Shown: positions 10,490-19,594 of the stretch, one piece after another
Numbering within the stretch: position 1 is the stretch's first letter
Layout: every line of letters begins with the position of its first letter
Origin: Chiloscyllium plagiosum
Taxonomy: Eukaryota
DNA length: 20,000 bases
Direction of reading: 5' to 3'
NCBI RefSeq assembly: GCF_004010195.1
Contig: NC_057758.1
Location: forward strand, 6,450,957-6,470,956
Program-made: the position numbers and the translations under genes
The notes under the pieces: generated by a model
Databases searched by the model: none
Seen by the model: the letters and a program-made list of their open reading frames with translations, nothing else
Told to the model about the DNA's origin: nothing

Positions 10490-10690
10490 TTGACATATGT
10501 CAGTGGTAACGGCACCTGAACCTTTTCAGGAATGCCTGAATTGGGATTAGTCTCTCTTGGAGGTTTGGAGACTGTCATATTTGCTAACATCTCTCTGAGA
10601 CCGAGATTGAACTTTAGAGAAGCATGTCAGACACTGGATGCAGCCTGTGTGTCCCAGATTTGTCCTGGATGAGAAAGAGGTATGGGGCAG
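10490..10690 (-). pseudogene. Possible decayed Ig light-chain-like V relic (tentative)
   Basis: Ordered minus-strand motifs across frames: PGQ, LTC, SQRDVSKY, QSPNL (10560-10574), SGIPE-[+1 nt]-RF (10518-10539), LTYVNL. No W-Y-Q, no YYC and no RSS at the expected place. Confidence 0.25.
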
Positions 10691-11589
10691 TTCCAATCAG
10701 GTTGACATCTGTTTTGGAGAAGGCCAGACTCCCTCAAAATATTTTAAGGTGACGCACCAGAACCGAACATTCTTTCTTAGGCGGATGGACAGTGGAAATT
10801 CCAGGAGTGGTGTAGCTGGCCAAACAGGACGTTTTGATGGAAAACAAAATTTGTTTGTACACTATGTATAAAACAGGAACAGAATGAAAACAGAATTTTG
10901 AATAAATTCACGGAGTTGAAAACCCAAACGACTCTATTGCAAGTTAGCGAGGGAGCTGTTCCAATTTCTGCAACATCCCAAACCGCACCACTTACCAAAA
11001 GGCAAATTCAAACTCAGGTTCATACGTACAGGAGAGCTTTCAGAGATAAAACTGGTGATAAACATCTGTTGAAGCATGGAACATCTTTTCCTGGTAGCTC
11101 TTTCTCTGTTACCAGGGTATTTCTAACAACCTTCTAAAAATGAACAAACTAGAAAATATGAACAGGGAGAACTTGCCAATTCCCTCCTACTATTGAAAGT
11201 AGCCCTCTACAGACATATCAGAAACTCTGTTTTCACGATCCCTTTTCAATATAAACAAGGACAACGTTACTTTGTTAAAGGGCCCGAATCGACACACACG
11301 TTAGCATCATTGGTAAAAACTACAAAGGGAAAACGGATTGCTGACGCAGCCCATCAGTCCAACAGTCCCACCCTCAACCTGTTTGACAGACACTTTCACA
11401 AACCTAATTATCTTTCAGTTTATCTATTCATGCCTTCCCCGCTTATCCCCCTCATAGCCTTCTGAGGTGGCCCCATTCTCAGTCCTTCAGTACTTGTTGC
11501 CACTTAGACTTAAATTGTGTTATATTCACTGATTTGCTCCCTGCAACATTTAATGTCCTGCAGCTTACCATAAAGAGAAAATCAAAACA

Positions 11590-12340
11590 TTCCCACTTGA
11601 CGTTCAATGGTATCTACATTATATTACACACTGACAACCACCCATTCCCCACCCTGCCACCCACAGCTTTCAACTACCATCATCCTGGGTCTGAAAATTG
11701 AGCCAGAAACTAACCTGGACCAGCCATATCAGTACAGTGGCTAAAAAGCGACTCAGAGGTGAGAAATCCTGCAGCGGCTAATTTAGCTCCTTACTCTCCC
11801 CTCCACTCACCTCCAACCCTCGCAACTCGCAAAATCTATCTCCCATTGAGAAGGCACAACTGAGTTGTGTGAAACCCACTTGCCTGGATTTATGCAGCTG
11901 CAATTACACTCAAGAGACTCGATTCAGGGCAAAAAAGTTCAATTGATTGAGAGAGCATCCACACACATAATACTCGCTCGACCACCAAATCTCAGTGGCA
12001 GTGTGTACCTTCCACAAGGTGCACATCAGAAATTCACCAGAACTCCTGATTGAGCACCTTTGTACCCCGTGACCATTTCCATCCAGCTGGACAAGGAATG
12101 CAGACGCATGGGATCACAGCCTCTCCAAGCCACTCACCATTGTGAATTGGAAGTGTATCGCATTCCTTCACTGTCACAGTTTAAAATTCTGGAAGTCCTT
12201 CCCATATGGAATCATGGATCTACACAGAGCACATAGGCTACTTTGTTTCAAGAGCGCAGTCCACCACCTCCTTCTCAAGGGGGACTATGGAGAGCAAAAA
12301 TGTTGGCCGAACAAGTGGCTCTTATTTTAAGTGAATGAAT
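11590..12340 (+). mobile_element. LINE (L2/CR1-group, distinct from the other CR1s), C-terminal RT and 3' UTR
   Basis: Frameshifted PLTFNGI...ILG.KI..QKLTWTSHISTVAKKR.QR, with tail ending cttctcaagggg...tgaatgaat. Confidence 0.75.
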
Positions 12341-12370
12341 AGGAATGAAAGGTCAGTGAAATATTTCGAG

Positions 12371-12560
12371 AGTTCCTTCAAAGTCACTGGGTCAAAACTG
12401 TCTGATTGCTTCACAGACGGCTTATTGTTAGTCTGCGTGCAGCACACTGACCACTGATGTGCAATAAGGAGTTCAGCCACATTCTCTTCTCAAGGGGCGC
12501 AAATGGGAATGGAAACAAATGTCGGGCCGGCCAATGTGCACCGCGTCTTGTGAATGAAAT
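12371..12560 (+). mobile_element. Second, diverged copy of the same LINE 3' tail
   Basis: Collinear with 12160-12340: ttccttca..gtcac, gcaca, cttctcaagggg, aaatgt.gg, gtgaatgaa. Confidence 0.75.
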
Positions 12561-12724
12561 GTAATGAAGGGTGAGTGAAGACAATGATGATGTGCTTTCA
12601 GAGGGTACTGATCTGTGACATGTCCTTCTTCTCTCCCCCAACATCTGAGATCCCGACGCCATCGTATTGCATCCCTATCGCCGAAGGAGTTTCTATTACT
12701 CTGTCTTGATCCAATTTCAGACCT

Positions 12725-12753
12725 CACTGTGAAAATGTTACTTCACAAAAACG
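12725..12753 (+). other. V(D)J recombination-signal-like sequence (13-bp spacer)
   Basis: CACTGTG (6/7 to CACAGTG, CAC intact), then 13 nt aaaatgttacttc, then ACAAAAACG (8/9 to ACAAAAACC). Confidence 0.5.
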
Positions 12754-12897
12754 CTTAGACATGAATGTAAGAAACCAGGATCATTAAGACGATAGAGTAA
12801 TGTACAATCCTCGAGCTGACATTTGCTGAACTACGTCCGAGGATATCAGTAACAAAATAGGTCCCACTGAGGTATCAATATCTATCTGTGCTGTTGA

Positions 12898-13068
12898 TTT
12901 TCTTTTCACACTTTCTTAATTTCTCTCTCCTCCCTCATTAATGTCTTTCACTGTCCCTCATTAATCATTCTCTCACGCACACTTCTCTCTTCATTCTCTG
13001 CTCTGCATTCCACTCTGACACATTTATCTCCTTTCTCTCTGCCACTCGTTATTCTCTGTACCTGTATT
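12898..13068. repeat. TC-rich low-complexity tract, continuing at ~14467-14700 after the CR1 insertion
   Basis: Read directly. Similar motifs on both sides (ttctctgta..cctgtattt at ~13052 and ~14570). Confidence 0.8.
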
Positions 13069-14466
13069 TCAATAGACAATAGGTGCCCTTCGAGCCTGCA
13101 CCACCATTCAATATGATCATGGCTGATCATCCATAATCAGTATCCTGTTCTTGCCTAATCTCCATAACCCTTGATTCCACTATCCTTGAGAGCTCTATCC
13201 AACTCTTTCTGAACTGAATCCAGAGACTGGACCTCCACTGCCCTCTGGGGCATATCATTCCACACAGCCACCACTCTCTGGGTGAAGACGTTTATCCTCA
13301 TCTTTGTCCTAAATGGTCTACCCCGTATGTTTAAGCTATGTCCTCTGGTTCGGCACTCACCCATCAGCGGAAACATGTTTCCTGCTTCCAGAGTGTCCAT
13401 TCCTTTAATAATCTTGTTTGTCTCATTCAGATCCCCTGTCAGTCTTCTAAACTCAAGGTTATACAAGCCCACTCGCTCCCGTCTTTCAGCGTAAGTTAGT
13501 CCCGCCAAATTGACCTCGTGAACCGACGCTGCACTCCCTCAATAGCCAGAATGTCTTTCCCCAAATTTGGAGACCAGAACTGCACACAATTCTCCAGCTG
13601 TGGTCTCAGCAGGGCCAAGTACAGCTGCAGAAGAATCTCTTTGCTTCTAAAGGCCAGCATGCTATTAGCCTTCTTCACTACCTGCTGTACCTGCATGCTT
13701 ACCTTCATTGACTGGTGTACAAGCACACCCAGATCTCCTTGTACGGCCACTTTACCTAAATTGATCCCATTTGCCGACCTGTGCTTGCCACGAAAGTGGA
13801 TAACCATACATTTATCCACAGCAAACTGCATCTGCCATGCATCTGACCACTCACCTAACCTGTCCAGGTCATCCTGTAATCTCCTAACATTCTCCTCACA
13901 TTTCACCCTGCCATCCAGCTTAGTATCATCAGCAAATTTGCTAACGTTATTACTAATGCCATCTTCTATATCATTAATATATATTGTAAAAAGCTGCGGT
14001 CCCAGCACTGCTCCCAGTGGTACCCCACTGGTCACTGCCTGCCGTTTATCACTGCTCTTTGTTTCCTGTCAGCGAACCAACTTTCAATCCAAGTTAGTAC
14101 TTTTTCCCCAACACCATGCGCCCTAATGTTGCTCACTAACTTCCTCTGTGGGACTTTATCAAAAGCTTTCTGAAAGTCCAGGAACACTACATCTACTGGA
14201 TCTCCTCGTCCATCTTCAGAGTTACTTCCTCAAAAGATTCCAAAAGATTAATCAAGCATGATTTCCCCTTCATAAATCCATGCTGACTCTGACCAATCCT
14301 GTTATTACTATCCAGATGTTTCGTAATTTCATCCTTATAATAGACGACAGCATCTTTCCCACCACTGAGGTCAGACTAACTGGTCTATAACGTCCTGCTT
14401 TCTCTCTCCCACTTTTCTTAAAAAGTGGTACAACATTAACCACCCTCCAATCCGCAGGAAATGATC
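13069..14466 (-). mobile_element. Relatively young, 5'-truncated CR1 LINE (RT domain to 3' tail)
   Basis: YRPVSLTSVVGK, SQHGFMKGKSC, YLDFQKAFDKVP, TSGVPLGAVLGPQLFTIYIND, KFADDTK, LENCVQFWSP, RTRGHSL, RVVAVWN, and tail caatagacaatagg. Frameshift near 13500 and small deletions. Confidence 0.97.
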
Positions 14467-14594
14467 TCGCTTTCTAACCCGTTTACTTTCCTTCTGCATA
14501 CCTCACATTATTCTCTCTAACACATTAATCTTCTGTCTCTGTATCCCTCATTACGGTTTGCACCTCAATTTCTCTGTAATACCTGTATTTACAG

Positions 14595-14987
14595 TATTTT
14601 GTCTCCTCCACCTCTCCTGTTAATCTTGCAATCTCCATTATCCTTCTCTCTTGCTTCCTCATCACTCCCTCGACCTTTATTTCATGCTCTCTCTCTGTCC
14701 TTTAAGCCTCCTTCTGGATATCTTAACTTTTATCTTGTCTGCACTTCGTGTCAATCTCCAAACTCAGCAGGATCTAACTCAGTGGCAGGCCTGTCCGGTA
14801 ATGGTAAAGGGTATGCTCAATCTGTGAAGGGTCGTTCACATCAATTCCTGATGGATGAACCCACATGTGGCAACTTACTTAATATTAAACCTCCCACTAT
14901 CAGTGTTGACCTCCCAAAAATCACGTGTTGCGAGGAGCAACGGCAGAGCTTATATTATCGCCCAGCAATTTCTGCAGATTCACAGTG
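14595..14987 (+). pseudogene. Candidate decayed antigen-receptor V exon (VH/TCR-delta-like) ending in an RSS heptamer
   Basis: Polypyrimidine tract and tttacag (14594), then ILS...LQSPLS...LS[F for C]K..SG...VAGLSGNGKGYAQSVKGR (14812-14835; FT follows with a 1-nt frameshift)...LYY[R for C] (14950-14961), 19 nt, and a perfect CACAGTG (14981-14987). Both Cys codons are one substitution away. The nonamer is poor and FR1 and FR3 are too long. Confidence 0.42.
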
Positions 14988-15139
14988 AGATCAATGAAAC
15001 AAAGGAGCCCTGTTCAGCGGGCTTGGATATCTCTGTAGTTAATAATCTCTCCAGTTATGAGTTCTGGACTTTTAAAGTGACAGTTCACAGTGAGCAGACA
15101 ATGTTGCATCACCATCGAAAGTATACCACGGTGGGGTGA

Positions 15140-15830
15140 GATCAAATACCATGATAAGAAATGTTCAGCTCCCACCCACTCACCGACCTCCGCACATGCA
15201 CTTACCAGACGTAACGATCACCAGCAACCTGTCCAGAGCTTCCCCATCGATGTTACGGTGAAGAATGCACAAGAATGTCTCTACGTTCTCAGAGGGCTAA
15301 GGAAATTCCTTATGTACATCAAGAAGCTTACTTTTTATTTCTCGTGCACTATACAATGTATCCAGTCTGTGTGTATCACAACTTGGTACGGTAACTGCTA
15401 TGCCCAATACCGAAAGAAATACCATAGAGTCATGAATATGCCCAGTGTATTTTCAGATTTGTCGACAATCCATTGACTCCATCTATGCTTCCCGCTGCCT
15501 CGGGAAAGCAGCCGACAGAATCAAAGATCCCACAACTCACCAGGATTATACTATCTTTCATCCTGTTCTGACGGGCAGAAGATTTAAATGTTTTAAATCA
15601 AATATCAATAGATTCAAGAACAACTTTTCCCACTCTGATCACAACCTTTGAAACAAACCTGGATATTCTAATTTTTGTTTTCTCTCTGCTGCGTGTCTGA
15701 AGCTGTAACAATGTATTCTGCACTCTGTTCTTTTAGGACAATGTACTTTTATGATATGACTTGCCGAGATAGCAAGTCTTTTTCATTTTAAGTCAGTACA
15801 TGTTACAATACCGTTAATCTACCGTTAATA
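15140..15830 (+). mobile_element. Rex1/Babar-type non-LTR retrotransposon fragment (C-terminal RT and 3' UTR)
   Basis: VKNAQECLYVLRGLRKF...CTIQCIQSVCITTWYGNCYAQYRKK corresponds to KKAQQRLYFLRRLRKF...CTIESILSGCITAWYGNC. Also IKDPTTH...GRRFK...NRFKNNF. Confidence 0.9.
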
Positions 15831-16019
15831 CTTGCTCAGAATGTTTCACAATACTCTGAATTTCTAAATGATTTACTGATACCTCCTTAATAATAGATTC
15901 TAACATGTTACCAATGGTAGACGTTAAGTTAACTTTAGTTGTGTTATATTTGTCTCTAAATCTTTTTGGATAAGGTGGCTTGCAGTTAGCCAATTTTAAC
16001 TAGTGATAAAGCCCATGAG

Positions 16020-16270
16020 ACCATATGACATCGGAGCACAAATTCAAGCCATCGAGTCTTCTCTGACATTCAATCTGGCTGGTACGTTTCTCAAAAAAAA
16101 AATCCCTCGCCATCTCATGATAACCTTAGGTTTCCTTCATAGTGAGGAACCTATCCCTCTCAGTCCAAAATGAATGTAATTACTTCGTCGACATAACCTT
16201 CTGTTGCAATGAATTCCATCGATTAGCCACTCTCTTGCTGAAGATTGCTTTTACATATCTCTGTTCTTAA
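16020..16270 (-). mobile_element. CR1 3' tail fragment
   Basis: ccatatgacatcggagcacaaatt...gccatcgagtct...ggaacctatccctctcagtc...gcaatgaattccatcgattagccactctcttgctgaaga. Confidence 0.8.
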
Positions 16271-16274
16271 GGTT

Positions 16275-16690
16275 CGGAAAGAGGCTCGAGGGGCTGAATT
16301 GTCTGAATCTGTAGCATTCTAGCAAGAGTATATAGGTTAAACGCAGGAAAGCATGTTCGCGATGACCAGAGGAGTTCAAAACCAAGGGGTCTCAGTCGAT
16401 GGCATTCAGGATAGGCCATTTAGAACGGAGGTAGGGGATCTTTCCTGACTCAGAGAGCCCGGAGACTGTGGAATTATCTGCCACTGAAAGCAGTCAAGGC
16501 GATAAAAATGAATATTGTTTTTCGAAGTAATTAGACATGGCTCCTGGAACGAAATGGATCAAAGGGTATGGTGAGAAAACAGTAACAGGGGATAGTGTTG
16601 GATGATCACCAAAGGTCACATTGAATGTTATAACAGGCTTGAATGCGTGAATGATCTATCCCTGCTCATAGTTTCTGTTTTTCACTATGA
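16275..16690 (+). mobile_element. CR1 3' fragment(s)
   Basis: gcaggaaagcatgttc...aaccaaggggtctcagtc...ctgtggaattatctgccac (LWNYLP)...ggatcaaagggtatggtgagaaaacag...cattgaatg. Confidence 0.85.
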
Positions 16691-16849
16691 AACAAATGAT
16701 GCTGTGATTCATTCCAGAATAGCTGCATAACTTCGTTTGAAGCCGACAGAATGACAACCGCCAGTTAATCTGTTCCATGAAGGAGGTAAATATTTTACAT
16801 CATGAAAGCATGAAGCAATCTGTTGGCAACTCAGGTGAAACTTTCAGAA

Positions 16850-16920
16850 ATTTATTAATAAAATCTTTCACGTTATGTGGGCATCGCTGACTGAGTGCAT
16901 CATTTTATGTTTGCTACCGG
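16850..16920 (-). mobile_element. Short antisense remnant of the L2/CR1-group LINE tail
   Basis: atgtgggcatcgctgactgagtgcatcatttt resembles the reverse complement of this family's 3' terminus. Confidence 0.45.
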
Positions 16921-16984
16921 AGTAAAGAAAAATATTCTTTTCCCTCTCATTTATATATCAGTTATGAGGGGGTCCACACTTGCA

Positions 16985-17345
16985 CGATTGTAAACAAGAC
17001 AGGTAGGAGCGAGAATAAAAATAAAGGGATACGGTTCTGAGGCTTTATAAGGCTCTGGTCTGGCCAGACCACATTTTGATCATTGTGAGCAAGATTGGGC
17101 CTATTTCTCAGGAAGGATGTGCTGGTCCGTGAGCGCGTCTGTTGGACGCGCGACAATACTCCCAGGAATGAAAGGCTTAACGTATGAGGAAAGTTTTAGG
17201 AATGTGGTCCGCTAGAATCTCGAAGGATGAAGGATGAGCAAATTGAAACATACAGAATACTGAAAGGCCTCGATAGAGTGGATGAGGGAAGATGTTCCAT
17301 TTAACATGAGAGACCAGGATCAGAGGGCACAGGCTTAGGTGAAGA
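16985..17345 (+). mobile_element. CR1 C-terminal RT fragment
   Basis: LYKALV, RPHFDHCEQDW(A), FLRKDVLV, PGMKGLTYEE, LIETYRILKGLDRVD-like, TRIRGHRL. Confidence 0.85.
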
Positions 17346-17960
17346 TTGCGATGGTTGACGGACTTCCAGCCCAACTGCTTGTTCTGTGGTGCTGGGGAGT
17401 TCAGGACCAATGATGTGTGGGGTGTTTCATTTTGAGTTTCTTGAAAAGCTTCTCCTCTGCTTTTTGTTGCACGGAAGCCCCAAGCTCCTGATCTTTGGGC
17501 ACCCAGTGCCAATAGAAAAGGATAGTTCGGAGGAACTCCTCGTGGGTCTGCTACTGGGCCTGTGCAAACTGGTCATAAACAGGTCTCGGCAGCGGGATGT
17601 GGAGGGGGCCATTATGACCGATTGCCTCCCTGTCTTAAGTGGTCACGTTTGAGTCCGGATATCCCTGAAGAAGGAGCACACGGTGCCTATCAGCATCCTC
17701 GAAAATTTCAGGGACAGCCGGGCACAGCTGGGAGTGGAGTTGTTTTATTTCTCACCTCCTACTCTATTTTGATTTTATCCCTGCTCTCCCCCTCATCCTT
17801 TGATCATGGAACATTGGTCTTTGGCGCGAAGGGCACTTTTTGTCACGAGCCCCTGTGGTGCTTCCTTCTTTCCTGCTGGTCGAAAATGAATAAGGGTTTA
17901 TGCACCTGTTGTTTTTCGTTGTGTCCCGCAACTGCACATGCAAAACTTGGGTGTTGGGGA
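17346..17960 (+). mobile_element. Tx1 (L1 clade) retrotransposon 3' fragment
   Basis: LRWLTDFQPNCLFCGA (Cys knuckle), FLEKLLLCFLLHGSPKLLIFGHPV...ELLVGLLLGLCKLVINRSRQRDVEG...DCLPV..G...RISLKKEH, followed by a pyrimidine-rich 3' UTR with aataa. Confidence 0.85.
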
Positions 17961-18195
17961 AGAACGGAAAGAAAAGATAAATTCAAACCGATCATTCCTC
18001 ACTTCGTGCACCAGTCACTCCAGCCCAGGAATCAGTTTTGTATCCCTTTGTTGCACTTTCTGACTTAAGGAGGTCTAAACTGGAGTAATATATTAACTAA
18101 CATTGCTTTATATTATATTATATCATGTTATATTATGAAATATTGTGTTGTACCATATCAAGGTATATTTGCCACATTTCGATTTCCTTCATTGA

Positions 18196-18455
18196 ACAGC
18201 ACAATGGATCAATGGTTCGCATTCCCGTCTCACAGCATATTCCACAACTGCATACTAGCTGTGCAGAGTTTGTACTTTCACCTCAGATCTGTTGGGTTTC
18301 CTCTGACTTCTCTAGTTGTCTCGCACATTCCAAAGATGTCGCAGTTTAGTTAAATTAGACTTGGTGAATCAAGGCTAAAAGGGGGAGGATGAGAATTTCA
18401 TTTGGTCTTGAAGCTCTTCAGGGGGTCGGCATGAACTCGATGGTTCTATATCATA
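18196..18455 (+). mobile_element. HE1-like V-SINE (tRNA-derived), decayed
   Basis: Head cagcacaatggatcaatggttcgcatt...ctcacagc; V-domain ctgtgcagagtttgtact...tgggtttcctctga...cacattccaaagatgtcgcagtttag; CR1-like tail ctcttcagggggtcggcatgaactcgatgg. Confidence 0.85.
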
Positions 18456-19099
18456 ATATCTTTATACTCACAGTCTTTTACTGGTCATATATTGACGGCA
18501 TCAATTAGGTTACCGCTTCACCTTCTCAATACCAGAAAATACAGGTCTCCTCAAAAGGTAACACATGAAGTCTATGCGTCATTCATGTAAACCCATATTT
18601 TACTTGATCCAAGGCAAATTAAACCTTTGTAAGATATGTTTCTCAGATCTGCTCACAGCAGAGAAATGGGTTGTAAACAGAGTGTTGTGAAATCGTAGCA
18701 CAGCTTCTATGCCGTCATTCTCCATTCCCTCAAGTTGAACACAATATTCTTTCAACAGTCTTGAACATTTTTTGCAAAATGTCGATTTCCAATTGTGTTT
18801 ACTTCCATTCATTCCTTTCCACAATCTATGGTATCGATCTCCTACCCGTGCTGAGCAAGCGAGTGACTGCTCCATTTGTAAAATATCAGATGGATAGTGG
18901 GAACAAACAAAACGTGCCAAGCTTTCTCCAGAGGCCAGGCCTAAGTTCTTGAGGGATATAGATTGGAATGGCATTGAGGCAGATGGAGTAGTTTGAACTG
19001 AGTAACATTCTCGAAGGAGTTGTTGGCGCATGGAGATCAACTGACGATCATTGTAGAAATCTTCAAAAATTCTCCGAATACCTGTGAATACATATAACT

Positions 19100-19592
19100 G
19101 TTACCATGTGAATCTAACCGACAACGTTGTGGGAACTACCCACCTACACTGTCTCCACAAGTGATGCCTGACCCACGGCACTGTGGGTGCTACTGACCTG
19201 CTGTGGACTTATTTGCGAATCCACACCCATTTTACAATGGACTGCTCTTTCTTTGCTTGTGACTCCAGAAACAAGCACTGTCTGTACCACAGATCTGCTC
19301 TGCATCTCCATGTGAGTGCACATTTGCAACCCTGTGCATACCATTGACCTACTGTATCTCAGTATGCGACACAAAGCTGTGCTTCCAAAAGATCTGGTCT
19401 GTCTCTGTATGTGACCTGAGATGCACAGCACTTTGGTTACCATCGATGTGCTGTCTCCATGTCTGCCCCAAAGGAGACTGCATTATGATAACCAACAACT
19501 TGGTCTGTCTCTACTTTTGAATGCAGATTCACAACACCTTGGTTACCACTCACCTCCTTATTCTCTACACGTGACTGCAATGCACTGCACTC
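19100..19592. repeat. Degenerate ~54-bp tandem repeat, block 2 (same family and orientation as 900-1830)
   Basis: Units such as gtgatgcctgacccacggcactgtgggtgctactgacctgctgtg and gtgacctgagatgcacagcactttggttaccatcgatgtgctgtct. Confidence 0.85.
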
Positions 19593-19594
19593 TT

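Noticed and set aside
12580..12655. C/D-box snoRNA-like layout (ATGATGA 12584-12590, CTGA 12608 and 12645)
   Set aside because: No terminal stem, no guide complementary to an rRNA or snRNA that I recognise, and no evident host gene. Such short boxes arise by chance.
12780..12880. Leader exon or octamer promoter for the 14.6-kb V-like relic
   Set aside because: Only atttgctg (not ATTTGCAT), a weak ag|gtatca donor, and no hydrophobic signal-peptide frame.
13282..14126. Plus-strand ORFs of 70 and 202 aa
   Set aside because: Antisense shadows of the CR1 RT frame.
15086..15125. Second perfect CACAGTG heptamer
   Set aside because: No nonamer at 12 or 23 nt and no upstream YYC-like motif. Isolated heptamers are expected by chance.
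15809..15829. Direct repeat taccgttaat x2
   Set aside because: Short duplication at the 3' end of the Rex/Babar element; unremarkable.
17562..18068. 168-aa plus-strand ORF
   Set aside because: Off-frame read-through of the Tx1 3' end and UTR into a CR1 scrap; not a gene.
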